From contig OX597842.1 of the NCBI GenBank assembly GCA_951406725.2, positions 29,512,001 through 29,576,000 on the forward strand: DNA of 64,000 nucleotides, written 5' to 3'. The DNA is from Octopus vulgaris. Lineage: Eukaryota. The notes beneath the pieces are model-generated. The model was given only the letters and a program-made list of their open reading frames with translations, did not search any database and was not told the DNA's origin. Below are positions 1-12,473 of this stretch, piece by piece. Each line of letters starts with the position of its first letter. The stretch's first letter is position 1. A program made the translations under genes and the position numbers.

Positions 1-90
1 GTACAAGACACTTGCTCAAGGTGCTATGCAGTGGGACTGAACCCGGAATCATGTAGTTGGTAAGCAAGCTATTTACCATAGCCACTCCTG
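1..90 (-). mobile_element. tRNA-derived SINE family A, partial head
   Basis: Reverse complement of the GGAGTGGCTGTGTGGTAAG...CTTGGGCAAGTGTCTT head seen at 23767. Confidence 0.8.
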
Positions 91-451
91 TATGTATATA
101 TATATATGTGTAAATATATCTATATATATATATATGTGTTTGTGTGTATCTCACTTCCATAACATTCATGTATATGTGTGTGTATGTACAGGAATGTTAA
201 GGATGTGGACACTAACCAACTCACCTGTTTTATGAACCCCTTATTAATATAGCAACATCATAATTCTTCTTTACTAGTTTTGATCTGCTAATTATATGTT
301 CACTCTTGTTCTGCTCCCCTAAAATTTACTATAGTGAGAGATAAATATAGATTAGGATGAAACAATCTGTTTAAGACCTCTTAATAGATTAATCATGTCC
401 CTTACACATATCCCATGTACATTTTCAATTTCTATTTTTACTTCCACAAAG

Positions 452-664
452 GATTCAGTGAAACTGGATATTGGGAATCATATGAAAATGACACCATTGA
501 TGGAAGCCGTGTCCAGGGCCCACCTCGGAATAATCCATAAACTTATTATACATGGTGCAAACATAAATGCTGTCGACAATGATGGCAATAATTGTTTGCA
601 CCTCTCAATAATAAAGAAAGAGATGTTCCATTCTGAGGTGGAACCCATTCCCATTTTAGATGAG
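452..664 (+). CDS. Internal exon of ankyrin-RING-death domain gene (ankyrin repeats); upstream exons lie outside the window
   Basis: Acceptor ...ttccacaaag|GAT and donor GAG|gtaagt, phase 0/0. Encodes DSVKLDIGNHMKMTPLMEAVSRAHLGIIHKLIIHGANINAVDNDGNNCLHLS, which matches the ankyrin consensus (TPL..A, GANIN..D.DG...LH). Confidence 0.9.
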
Positions 665-701
665 GTAAGTTTTAAAAATTGTTTGTGAATATGTGTGTGT
701 G

Positions 702-845
702 TGGTTGGCATTAGGAAGGGCATGCAACCGCAGAGACTATGCCAAAACTGGCAATTGGTGCCTGAGCAGCTCTGCAGCTGCCCAGCTTCTGCCAAACTAT
801 CCAACCCATGCCAGCATAGAAAACGAATGTAAAATGATGATGAGG
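702..845 (+). mobile_element. RTE LINE 3' tail fragment
   Basis: GTTGGCATTAGGAAGGGCAT...AACCCATGCCAGCAT...(GAT)n, matching 46330-46475. Confidence 0.7.
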
Positions 846-1479
846 AGGATGTGTGTATGTGTGAATGAGAGAGAGAGAAATAGAGAAACAGGCAGACATT
901 GTTTGCTATTTTCTTTCACTCCCATCCACTTCTCTTCCTTTAGTATTAAATAATTCAGTTTCTCCTGATAGCACTAGTTGTATTATGTAACTAACAATAT
1001 TCCATCTTCTTTCACCTTCAAAAGCATGGCCACTCCACTGTAAAGAAGGTAACCCATCTTAAATATGTGTCATGTAAACACTGCCATCACTGTATGAAGG
1101 AGAGGTGACCAACGACAGAGATAAGTCTTTAAATTTAAGAAAGAGAAATTCACAAACTGTTTTAAATATCGAATTTCAAGTTAAACGAGTTGAACTGTGT
1201 TAATTGCTAGAAAGCATATTTCATTATTCTTTTTCAAAGAAAGGAAAAGGAAAATAAATTCGTTTTAAGGACAATTAAATTTAAAGAAAATATATTCATG
1301 GACTTTGAAGAAAGTTTCTTTTATCAGTATGATAATGAATATATAACTGAGTTTATTCAAAGTTGATAATTAGGGTTCCAAATATTGCCAGGGCTTGGAC
1401 TTTGTGTGTATATTGACTACAGTAATACCCCTTGCAATGATTGTAATGAAGGGAGATGTGATGAGAATGAATTTACATT

Positions 1480-1688
1480 AAGATGTGTGCACAAAATTGT
1501 AATGCCACGAGATTGTATGTATGACGATGTAACTAGACAGATAGTCATAGAGGCCCTTTGTTACCAACAAAGATAGAAGCTCTCTGAACTTTGCCCTGCT
1601 TAATCTTATTCTAGCAGCTATGCTCTTGGCGCATCCACCTCCACTACTGACTTGATTACCTAGATAACAGTAGCTATCAACTACTTCT

Positions 1689-1690
<2 letters not shown>
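1480..1690 (-). mobile_element. RTE LINE RT fragment
   Basis: LEVVDSYCYLGNQVSSGGGCAKSIAARIRL is homologous to ORF 44531-45937. Confidence 0.85.
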
Positions 1691-1738
<48 letters not shown>

Positions 1739-2753
1739 GTGTGTGTGTGTGTGTGTTTGTTTGAAAGACCTCAGCATCTATCCACTGCTAGATCTGATGG
1801 TGTCTATTGTCTGTTGTTGCAGAATTTAAGCAACTCTTTGATTCCCAAATATGTGTGACTGTATTTCAGACAGTTAATGGTCACCTATGTATTGTTGTAA
1901 TGTCTTCTTTGGTGAGAAGAAGCTACTCTAGCAGTCAACGACCCATTATTATAGGAATTGTCTATCAGACTAACAGTTTCAACAATTTCTTGACTATAAT
2001 CTGTTGGTGTGTTGCCTCAACCACCACACCAATCCTTACTTCCTTTACTTCACTTCATCAGCCAAAAATGTTTCTTTATAAATTTTGGAAACATTATTGA
2101 TGTGCTTGGATATGTCTGTCTGGTGTTGGTTTTGTTGCTGTGTCTGAAGAAATTATTATGTTCTTGGTGTTCTCTGTTCATTGTTTGTTGTTATGGAAAT
2201 GAGTTGCACTTTGTGACCAGTGAAACGTTTCCCAATCAATATTTGGATTATCGAAATTACCAGTAGGAAAATATGGGTGACTGCTTTCATAGATGCAGAT
2301 CTGAAGATGTCAAAAATCTGAGTTTTGATGGCAGTTTTGCAGATGGTAAACAAATTCAAGTAGGAGTATATATGTTGTTAAAAAAATACTTCTTGTTGCG
2401 ACCAGTTTAAATCTCCATAAGGAATTACAGAAAATCTTGAGTGACCATAGACCATCAGACGACCCCCATGGTAATTAGAATGGCCTTTGTGTAACAAAAT
2501 GTAGCTTGCCATTGTTTGTTGTTATGTTGTTGTGTTATATTTATATATACAATACTCTTCCATAAGTATTTCTTTTGTTATGGCCAGTTGGCTTTATCAA
2601 GCCTGTTGTAAAGATAGGTTCTTGTTGGTTTGTTGCGTTCTGTTATTTGTGATACTTGTTCCATTATATTTCCTACATTTGACATGATTTGTTTATCTAC
2701 AATATATATTTGTGTAATATTCTACTGATCGTTTTATATTTCATCATTTGCAG

Positions 2754-2929
2754 TGCTGCAGAGAGCTCCAACTGGACATGGATAGGAGGCTCTCTGGAAT
2801 AGTAGTTTTGAGTTACCTTGCCAGCCAAGGAGCCAGCTTATACCATCATAATAATAAGAAAATGACCCCATTGGACTACATAGAAAATCAACATTTGAAA
2901 GAAAAATTAAAAACATTTTTACAATCACT
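2754..2929 (+). CDS. Exon of ankyrin-RING-DD gene (last, degenerate ankyrin repeat)
   Basis: Acceptor tcatttgcag|TGC and donor CT|gtaagt, phase 0/2. Encodes YLASQGASLYHHNNKKMTPLD; frame is continuous with the flanking exons. Confidence 0.88.
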
Positions 2930-3069
2930 GTAAGTACTCACTGGCAATGCCAAGATAAACCAGGACATTTTCTCTTTTGTATATAATCATGTTTATATGT
3001 TTATTTAGTTTGAATTCTCCCAATGTATTATTCCGTCATTAGTGTCTTGACTCAAGATAACAATAATGA

Positions 3070-3270
3070 TTTCCAATTCTGGCACAAAGCCAGCAAGGTC
3101 AGGGAGGGGATAAGTCAATTACAACAGCCCCAGTTTTCAACTGGTACTTATTTTATCAACAGCAAGGTAGAGTCAACCGCAGCTGAATTTGAACTCAGCA
3201 TGTAAAGGCAGACGAAATGCCAGAAAGCATTTTGCTCCGTGTGCTAATGATTCTGCCAGCTTGCAGCCTT
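3070..3270 (-). mobile_element. SINE family B (tRNA-related head; central domain recalled as Meta-like)
   Basis: CTGGTACTTATTTTATC...GAATTTGAACTCAG...GACGAAATG, matching 33425-33658. Confidence 0.75.
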
Positions 3271-3927
3271 AAGACCACACAACAATAATAAGAACAATAA
3301 ACAGAAAATACAGTTGTTAGTGGATCAAACGAAAAACACTATTTTGATGACATTCACATGATTGCTTGTGTTGACTGATATACCTCACCATCCACTCCTG
3401 ACTATTTTAGAGTTCGGTGACCTCCATGAAAATGTAGTACTAAATAATAAAGTGAATGAACACATTTTGAAATTGCTATTTAGAAGTAAATAGGATTTAT
3501 CTGTCTACCAACAATTTTTCTCTCTCTCTCTTCTCTGACTCAATTAGTTGTCATGTACGCTTTCATGTGAAAATAACCTAAAACACACACTAACAATGTG
3601 TATGTCATCATCATCATCATTGTCATCATTTAACGTCTGTTGTCCATACTGGCATGGATTGGACTGTTTGACTGGGATGGCATGTTGGAAGGTTGCACCT
3701 TAGTCAGCCTTTGATATTTTCAGCCCACCCTTGTATGTGTATGTTAATGTGACACTTGTATACACACAAATCTGCTTGTATGTAATTGTTTACAGAAGAA
3801 TTTATGATGTACTCTTGCTGGTTACTGTTGTGCCCCTTAATATTCTGTACTCTAAACATGTCCACAACGAAATATTTTATTATAAATGAATGTTAATGAT
3901 GGGATGTGTTAATATTTTGTTCCACAG

Positions 3928-4070
3928 GTGTCGGTGGTGTCAAGAGAAAAAGGCTACTGTCACACTCCATCCATGTCAACATACCGTTACTTGTCAGAAT
4001 TGCTGTTCTCAAATGACATTTAAGCAATGCCCCATATGTCGACAACACATACTCCGGAAAAGTGGATTTG
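3928..4070 (+). CDS. RING-HC (C3HC4, MIB/IAP-like) exon, putative E3 ubiquitin ligase domain
   Basis: Acceptor ttccacag|G and donor TTTG|gtaaga, phase 2/1. Encodes CRWC...PCQH...CQNC...CPICR. Confidence 0.92.
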
Positions 4071-4354
4071 GTAAGAACATTCTTTCTTGATCTGTCTGTT
4101 GTCTCATTAACTTTCTGGTATGGAATAATGCACTTCATATTGTAGTGGAGACATGCAACTCCTTGTTTGTAACTATATATGATTAACACTTGTTATAATG
4201 TTTGCCATCCTTTTAGACATTTTATACTCACACTTGTTAGTTTTTAGATGTGATTAATGCTAAAAGAGACATTGTTTTCTGACTCTTTCACCTTTTGGCT
4301 TTACTTTTGAGTTGATTCGTTTTAATTCGAACATGAAGCCTGGTCATTGCTCCA

Positions 4355-4590
4355 AGGTGGTATCAGAAAGTTCACGGACTAGTTCTGTAGCATGCCAACA
4401 GATGGCTGCACACCGTTTCGCGCACAGTGAGAGCTAGCAATGACTTTCATGAGGCGGTGTACTGGGTGACACCACTGCGTTTACTTCAAAAGTTGTGAAA
4501 TTTGTGCTTTTGTGGTCATTTGTAGGCTGTAGTCTGCAATTTTCTAATGGGCAGGAACAAATAACCAATGTGAAATTTTGCGTTAAACTT
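4355..4590. mobile_element. Degenerate mariner-like DNA transposon/MITE end
   Basis: AGGTGGTATCAGAAAGTTCACGGACT resembles a mariner TIR; no partner TIR was found. Confidence 0.4.
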
Positions 4591-4919
4591 GTCCAGCAAA
4601 GACATAAGAAAGAAACAACAAAACTAAGAGAAAAAGAGTGTTATGAAGTGATAACTAAGTGAGAGAATTTCAGAATTGTTAGATTAGTATATAGGATGTC
4701 TTAAGAGAAAGATGAGATTTAGAAAGGTTTACCCATTTTGTTCTTGTTGTAAATATTGAACTATTATATAGTAACAGCTTAGAAAGTGTTGACTGAAAGC
4801 ATAGTGGTCACCAATTGACTATTGATGATATGAATGCCTTACAATAATGGAATATAGATTATTAAAAGAGACAAACAAATTTTACTATGAAGTTTAAAAC
4901 TTTGAAATGCTTATTTCAG

Positions 4920-4970
4920 TGTGTCCAAAGTTTGAAGAGAAAGCAGTCCAGGCGGTTGTAGAGTCTGTTG
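4920..4970 (+). CDS. 51-nt symmetric micro-exon, copy 1 (VCPKFEEKAVQAVVESV)
   Basis: Acceptor ttatttcag| and donor |gtaagt, phase 1/1. Open in the frame set by the RING exon. Confidence 0.75.
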
Positions 4971-5085
4971 GTAAGTATAAAATAACTGTAATTGATTTCT
5001 ATAAATTTTACCTTCACCTGAGATATATTATTTGTGTGAATGTCTGAGAACAGGTTCCATTCTTAATTTCCAATTCTTATTTCAG

Positions 5086-5136
5086 TGTGTCCAAAGTCTG
5101 AAGAGAAAGCGGTCCAGACGGTTGCAGAATCTTTTG
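5086..5136 (+). CDS. 51-nt symmetric micro-exon, copy 2 (VCPKSEEKAVQTVAESF)
   Basis: Acceptor ttatttcag| and donor |gtgagt. Tandem duplicate (~166-bp unit) of 4920-4970 with intact splice sites and frame. Confidence 0.7.
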
Positions 5137-6193
5137 GTGAGTATAAAATAACTGTAACTGATTTCTCTATAAATTTTACCTTCACCTGAAATATATTATT
5201 TGTGTGAATGACTGAGAACAGGTTCCATTCTTACATTTCTTTCAAATGGATAGTGATAAAAGTAATTCTATTCACTACCTACAAATGCAAGAATATACAA
5301 TAAAGGGATTTTTATCGAAATATGGAATCATGAGACATAGGAAAAAGGTCCCTCACGATAAGGAAAATATAGAAAAAAAGATAAAATATAAATCCTGCAG
5401 CGATTTCTCCCCATAATGAGACACATTCACTTTTCTCTCATCTCATTGTTTTCTATATCACCACCTTGATTATATATTCTTGAATATCATTTCTTATATA
5501 CCATTTCAGATATTTTTCCTTTGCAACAATTGGTGTATGAACATTTGTGTTTCATTTAAGATGTTTTGTGCAAGTATAGAGTTTTAGGATACTTGTTATC
5601 ACTTTCTGTTTTACCTGTGTAGAACTAATCATTGCTCATCAGGAAAGAAAACTATTTCATTAAGGTGTCTTTGAATATTTCCTGAATCAGATGAAATTCT
5701 GGTGAACTGTGAGTTGCATAGTTTAAAATTAAAGATTAAAAGCAGCAACGTTTGACAAAGATAACAGGTGTGACATGAGTTTGTGTCAAGGTCGTTGATG
5801 ACCAGCTTGGTTGACATCAGAATTAAGCAAAAGAAGAGGGGAATGTTGATTAGTGAAGTCCAGTGGTGAGGGGACAATGCCATGTCATTGGTTTAGCATG
5901 GATACAAGAGATACATGTGATCATTAAATAAGATGATTGCAACGTTGTTAGATTAAGTAGGATGTCTTAATAGAAAAAGGAGGCTTAGGAAGGTCAGTCT
6001 ATTTTATTATGGGCCTAAATATTGAGCCATTATATAGGACCACGGTAGAAAGTATAAAACTATCAACCAAACCTTTAGTGGTCAGCAGTTGTCCATTGAT
6101 GATAGGAATGTCTTACAATAATAAAATATAAACCATTAACAGAGATCGGGAAATTGTGCTATGAAGTGTAAAATTTGGAAATATTTATTTCAG

Positions 6194-6265
6194 ATTCTGT
6201 AATGGTAGAGGAGAAGCATCTTCATTGGGTGTCCAGAAGCTTGGCAGGTAAATGGCAGGAACTTG
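6194..6265 (+). CDS. First death-domain exon (DSVMVEEKHLHWVSRSLAGKWQELG)
   Basis: Acceptor ttatttcag| and donor |gtgagt, phase 1/1. L..V...L...W..LG pattern of death-domain helices 1-2. Confidence 0.85.
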
Positions 6266-7235
6266 GTGAGTATAAAATACCCAATTAATTTCTATAAATT
6301 TTGCTTTCAGCTAAGCTTTTGTTTGTTTGAATGACTGAGAACCGGTTCCATTCGTAATTTCCAATTGAAAGTTTAGCTATAAAGTAAAGCTATCACTGAA
6401 ATTTCATAAAATATCTACGGACGTCAGCACGGTTGTAAAATGAATAAATTAGAAGGTCCAGTAGAGTTAATACTATCGTTTGTAAAAGGGGACTCGAAAA
6501 TATTGTCATTTAAGAGTAAACAGGTGAATTAATGACAATGTTTTTGCTTGTTTACACTTTTAGTAATTTTACTGGTAGGTTGAGGCAGATATCTCCCTTA
6601 ATCTGGCAGAATTAAGGGGAAAGGGTTCCAGATGTGCCATCATGTTTTCTCTTGGGTGAAGAGGACCACATTATCAAGTGTAACCTTTTTAAAATGAGAG
6701 TGTGCATTGTGTGGGACATGTTGTCATCTCTCCCCTGGCCAGTCTGTTTTTCTATATTTATTGTAATTCTTTAGTCCCAGGTCAACATATATTTCCTGTC
6801 TCTATAGAAGACAGGCCCCATTGTCGATTGTGTTCATGGCTGGATTGAACTCAGCATTGTAAGTTAATGAAACACTCATTTATATTAGAAAAAAAGAATC
6901 TCAACAGAAAATTCAAACTCAACTCAATTTTGTTCTCAATTGAAATCATTTCACTCTCCTTTACATTACAAATGTCACATGGAAAGGCATGAACATCACA
7001 ATATCCCATTTCCCCTTGTCTGACAGTTTAACAACATAAAATATCATTTATACTATTATTTACAGCAATGCCCCTATTATTTACAGCAATGTCTTCTACC
7101 TCCCTATGGTACCTATATACATCTAGATAGACTGCAGCATAGAGAAATGTCTTTACAAGTACTTTTGAGCTATACTGGGGACTAGTCTTGACTCAAGAGA
7201 TCATGATAATATCCCCTGAGTCAGCTGATATAAAT

Positions 7236-8030
7236 CATCATCATCATCATTTGACATCCATTTTCCATGCTGGTATGAGTTGGATGGTTTGACTGAAGTC
7301 TGGAGAGCCAATGGCTGCACCAGGCTCCAATCTGATCTGGCAGTGTTTCTACAGCTGGATGCCCTTCTTAGTGCCAAACGCTCCGAGTGAGTAGTGGGTG
7401 CTTTTTATGTGCCGCCAGCATGGAAGTCAGTCAGGTGGTCCTGGCATCAGTCATGTTTGGATGGTCCTTTTTACGTGCCACCAGCACATGGAGTCAGTCA
7501 GATCACACTGGCATTCACCACATTCAGATGATGGCTTTCATGTGCCACCAGAACGGGGGCTAGTCAGGGGGCACTGGCCACAGCTGCAATTTTGGTTTTA
7601 CTTGACTCAACAGGTCTTCTCAAGCATATCATATCACCCAATGCATCGAGGGTGCTCTTAAATGGGCCGGACATGCAACACTGGCATTGGCCATGGCTAC
7701 GATCTCATTTTAGTTGCCGGGTTTTCTCAATCACAGCATATTTCTCAAATCTTGGTCTCCTGTCATTGCCCCTGTGAGGCCCAATGTTCGAAGGCCATGC
7801 TTCATCATCTCATCCCATGTCTTCCTGGATATACCTCTTCCACAGGTTCCTTCTACAGTTAGGAAGTGGCACTTCTTCACACAGTTGTCCTCATCCATAC
7901 GTAACACATGACCATACCAGCGTAGTCATCTCTCTTGCACACCATGTTTAATGCTTCTCATGTCCAACATGTCCTCAGCAGTCATGGCCCATGTTTCACT
8001 GCCATGTAGCATGGAAGTTCGCACTCAGAA
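7236..8030 (-). mobile_element. RTE LINE 3' end (intronic)
   Basis: (CAT)n tail, 3' UTR with GTGCC..GGCAC repeats, and ORF2 C-terminus homologous to 45540-46475. Confidence 0.85.
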
Positions 8031-8219
8031 ATGATTTATCTAAATTAAGAAAGGACATCATCTACAACATTGCCAGCTTGCTATATGTCTGGGAGTCATA
8101 CAAGATGTACCAGTCATATACTGGGCAAAAATCAATCCACTAACACCAGGTCCATTATCATCATCCCCTTACATCCATTTTTCTAAGTTTGTAATGGTCA
8201 GACGACTTTTCCCAGAGTC

Positions 8220-8720
8220 GTTGTGGTCCTTTGTCAGGTTTGATTGCTTGTTTCCTTCAACTTGATTTCCAGGCATTTCTTTATCCAAATTTCATCCTCC
8301 ATGTCCCTTCTATATCTATACCATTATCTTTTTTCTTGTACACTATCACAGATTTTTCAACACATTAACATTACACATTTAGTGATGTGTGCTCATCTCA
8401 CTTCCTGCCAGTTTCCATGCATCCTCCACATTCCATGTAACATTGCAATTTCTCCTTCATTTGGAAACAGAATCCCTTAGTTGCCAGTAGACCTAACAGC
8501 TCCCTGTACATTTTTCATCTCATTTTCCTTCTAACTACTGTGCTTTCAGAATAGTCTCCTCCACTTCTAATTCTGTCTCTTAGGTCACAGAAACTATCAA
8601 CTATGACTTTATTACTTGTACCTACTACAAACTTATCCTGTATATCTCTGCTACTTACAAAGTCCTTCCCTAACCTTAACCTGCCCTCCCTGTAAACTTG
8701 CTTGTTTGTGGATGCAGTAA
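8220..8720 (-). mobile_element. Old, decayed RTE LINE fragment
   Basis: VIVDSFCDLRDRIRSGGDYSES aligns to EVVDSFRYLGDQVSSGGGCAES. Confidence 0.65.
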
Positions 8721-9089
8721 TTCTTTCAGGACCCAAGTGTTGTAGGTGTATGGCGTAGATGTTGGTGATTCTTGTCTTATTGCCTACAAACTAAAACTCT
8801 TCTCATTGCTAAGGCCTCTCCTGTATTAAATACTTTGAAATTGTGGCCTTGATCTAGTGAAAGAAGTTCTTGTTATAAGTCATGAATCCAAAAACCTTAA
8901 GCCAGTGCCCTCTATAATATGTGATATTTACCTAACAGTATTTTATTTTTACTTTCTGTGGTTGAAATCATTTAGGTTCACAATCCCCATTTTTGAAATA
9001 TTTTTAAATGTTGATAATTTTGAAATTTCTATTAATCATAGGTGGAAAGACATCACAAATGACTATTTCAGGCATTGATCACAGGGTGT

Positions 9090-9480
9090 TATCAAACGAC
9101 TGCGATTGTATTCCTCCAAAGAGTCTCTGGAGTAACGTTACTCAACAAGGTGTGCAGGCTGGAGATTTGGGGTCTCTCCAGGTCAAGCGACTGCTTCTCT
9201 GCATTGAGAATTCACAGCTCCAGTACTCCTGGCATGTGATTAAAATGTCATAGAAAAGAACCATAAGAGGGATTCTTCAAGCTGAGCCAACCGACAGGAG
9301 ACCTAGGGGTAGAGCAAGAATGAGATGGTTGGATGATATCCATAGTTTCAATTGGTCATGTTTGGAAATCTTTTCAGAACTTCTAATGAAGGTTGCTTCT
9401 GATAGAATTGCATGAAGGAGGTGCCTGAAGACTCTACCCCTAAAACTCTCCTATGAATAGAGCCCAGAGAAGATGGACAG
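9090..9480 (+). mobile_element. 3' end of a different RTE-like LINE
   Basis: LLLCIENSQLQYSWHVIKM...RRPRGRARMRWLDDI, an RTE C-terminal RPRGRP..RW.D motif. Confidence 0.6.
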
Positions 9481-9802
9481 ATGGATAAAATTATCTAACT
9501 ATTGGTGGTCTTTGTTGATTCTTTAGGCTCTCATACACTTCTTCTGCCAGTTGTTCACCAGGCATTTTCTCTTGTGTAATTTTCAATTAATTTTTTTTAA
9601 ATATTCTTCTTCTTCTCCAGCCTTTTTTTCAAATTCTTTGCTATTTTTATCAACATCTTTAGAAATAGATAACAATGTCTTCTAATTTCCCTGTTTCTTA
9701 AGTATCTCTCACTCTTCTATTCACATAATTTCTTAGTCGTAATTAATACAGGTTTTATATTATCATTAATGCTGTTGCAATTATTTCTTATTTCTTTTGC
9801 AG

Positions 9803-10020
9803 GAAGGGAATTAGGAATTAAACAACATGACCTGGACATCATCAAGCTTGACCATTCTCATAGCGTTAGGGAACAAAGTTTCCAGATGCTTCTGACATGG
9901 TTTCAAAGTTGTGATCCGGCAAAACGTACACTTCAAATATTAAAAGAAGCTCTTGAAAGAACTGAATGTTTTATTGCAATTGAATGTTTATCATCAGAAT
10001 TCAATCGAATTTCTTTGTAA
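9803..10020 (+). CDS. Terminal exon, death domain and stop
   Basis: Acceptor tcttttgcag|GA. Encodes GRELGIKQHDLDIIKLDHSHSVREQSFQMLLTW...TLQILKEAL, matching the death-domain consensus; TAA at 10018-10020. Confidence 0.9.
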
Positions 10021-10267
10021 ATTGTTGCTGTTGCTTAGTCCCACATCTATCTTCACCACAGATCTATTATCAAATGCCTCTCCATCCAGGACCATCCTGT
10101 CTTTTCCCTAAGTATAGAGAACAGAACCACATAGTTAAATGTGTCCTTCTTTAAGGCAACAGGTTTTGAATGGAGTAGGATTTGGTTACTAATTCTAGCA
10201 GATCTATCTACCACCTGTAGACCCCTTTCCTGGTTTGGCTCCCTCGTTGTTCGAGATTAACTGTGGA

Positions 10268-10273
10268 AATAAA
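10268..10273 (+). terminator. Probable polyadenylation signal of ankyrin-RING-DD gene
   Basis: AATAAA ~250 nt after the stop, followed ~25 nt later by a GT-rich (GTT)n tract. Confidence 0.55.
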
Positions 10274-10449
10274 GACAAACTTTGAAATTTCATTTGTTGT
10301 TGTTGTTGTTGTTGTAAGTCCCAGCATCTCCCTAAACACTTCCATTGTTATATAGTTTAAATATCCTGTGGAATTTTTCAAAAAATGGAAGTTGTAAATT
10401 CCATTTTGTGAAACTTACTTAAAATGCACATTTTGTTTTCAAGTAGAAC

Positions 10450-10880
10450 CTCCTTGTGGACACAATTGTCAGTCAATATACAGTTTCTATTTGTCTCGGC
10501 CAATATTTTTACATTAGCCTTCATCCAAAATCTAGAAAAGGAAACTTACAGCTGACCACGAAAAGCACCCAAAATCTCTCACTTCTGAACTTCTTCAAAG
10601 CAGCCTGGAAATTGATCCAAAAAGAGATCCTCAGACGGTACTGGCCAAAATGTCTCTTCACACCAGACATTGGCATGAAACTAGAATATCTCATGTCTGT
10701 TATGCAAGCCATATGTCAGAAATATGTCCCAGAGCACAAGGCTAACACAAAAAAGAAGGAGATTCCAAGGGAGAGGAAGATCCTCATGAGAGACGGACAA
10801 AGGTTGCAAATCGTTTCAACCAACGTTCCAAAAGTAGCGAAAGGTCCCGCCTAAAAACAACATTGATGGAGATTGGAAAA
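10450..10880 (+). mobile_element. CR1/L2-like ORF2 linker fragment
   Basis: NFFKAAWKLI...ICQKYVP...IPRERKILMR resembles the endonuclease-RT linker of CR1-group LINEs. Confidence 0.5.
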
Positions 10881-12473
10881 AGCCTTGAAAATTATTGCCC
10901 AACCAGTTAGGAGAAGATATAGGTTAGACAAAATGCAGCTCGGTTTTACCCTGGGGAGAAGTACGGCTGAGGCTATTTCTATAGTCAGGCAACTTCAAGA
11001 GAAATACTTAGCCAAGAATATACCATTACTCAGAAAGGATGAAAGGCAAAGTCGACCTTGGCGGAATTTGAACTCAGAACGTCAAGACATCCGAAATGAA
11101 CTATAGAAAGCCTTCGATAAAGCACATCTACTGTGCGCTGTCAGTAAGTTGAGAATTAACCACGAGAAAAGCAAAGAATTTGGTGTTCATCTAGGCTCAA
11201 TCCTTAGTCCCCTACTTTTCATTATTGTCCTCCAGGCAATAACAGAGGAATTCAAAACTGTCGGCCTTTGGGAAGTACTTTATACTGACTATCTTGCCTC
11301 ATAGCAGATTCTATATCAGCGCTAGAAAAGAAATTCCGAGTATGGAAGCACAGCCTGGAATCTAAGGGCCTTAAGGTTAACTAAGCAAGAAAACAGACAA
11401 GACACTACCCACTTCAGGTATGTGGCCCTGCCCGATTTGCAGGAAAGGTGTAGGCAGGAATTCCATATGGTATAGTGTGTGTAAGCTATGGACATACAAG
11501 GGGTACAGTGGAATGATAGGAAGGTTATCAGAGAAAGTAGTGTTCATATGTAGAAAATGCATACGAACCGTAAAAATTATAGATATTCATGAGATTGATT
11601 TTTTTAGATGTCCTTGAGGTTCTTGAAAGGTAGTGGATAATTCCTGCTAACTAGGGGATCAAATTAGTAGTGGGGGAGAATATACTACAAGTACAATAGC
11701 TAGAATAAGAATAGGATAGAGAAAATTTAGAGAGTTTTTAGCTCCGTTGGCAACGAAATATTTCTCTGATCTAGTGAAAAGAAGCGAATGTGATGCATGC
11801 ATACGAACCGCAATTGTACACGGTAGCGAGACGTGGGGCCTGGAAGCAGAGGACATGCGATGGCTACAGAGGAATGAGGGTAGTATACTCCTCTGAATGT
11901 GTAATGTAAGTGTACATACACGACAGATTGTTAATCTGCTGAAGGCGAAGTTAGGTATAAGAGGGATTAGATGCAGTGTGCAAGAGAGAAGACTGCCTGA
12001 GTTTGGTCATGAGATGCAGATGGATACCGACAGCTTCATAAAGAAGTAACGTTCCCTCAAAGTGGATAAAACTCGTGGAAGTAGGAGACCCTGGAGTACT
12101 GAAAGACACCCTCAGGAAGCAAAACTTTTCAGACAAGATGACAAAGGATTGAGATAACCTGGGGCCTTCTTGCACTCAAGACCTGCCCTCCACAACAGAA
12201 GTGTTAAAGCCGCAGCCCCTGGTGCAAAGGAATGATCTCCAAGAGTCCTCTGCTGGTGCCACGTAAAAATAACCCATACCAGTGCCACGAAAAGGTGATT
12301 GCGCCAGTGGCACATTAAAACCACGCCACAAACACTGTAGAAAGCGTATCCAGCTGTAGAACCCAAACCTCGTGCTGTTCTCCAGCTTGACAGCTGAGGT
12401 GAAAACGTCCAACCCATGCCAGCATGGAAAACGAATGTTAAAGGATGCTGACGCTGATGCGGATGATGTTGAT
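10880..12473 (+). mobile_element. Decayed 5'-truncated RTE LINE with a SINE-B fragment inserted at ~11033-11100
   Basis: MQLGFTLGRSTAEAISIVRQLQEKYL, decayed PHD segment WPCPICRKGVGRNSI, 3' UTR and (GAT)n tail; many stops and frameshifts. Confidence 0.85.

Noticed and set aside
1780-2700. Possible old retroelement or extra exons in the intron
   Set aside because: No recognisable motif; the flanking exons already join in frame.
452-4070. Assigning the gene symbol MIB1/MIB2
   Set aside because: N-terminal MIB/ZZ domains are not visible, there is only one RING and there is an extra death domain; orthology cannot be shown.
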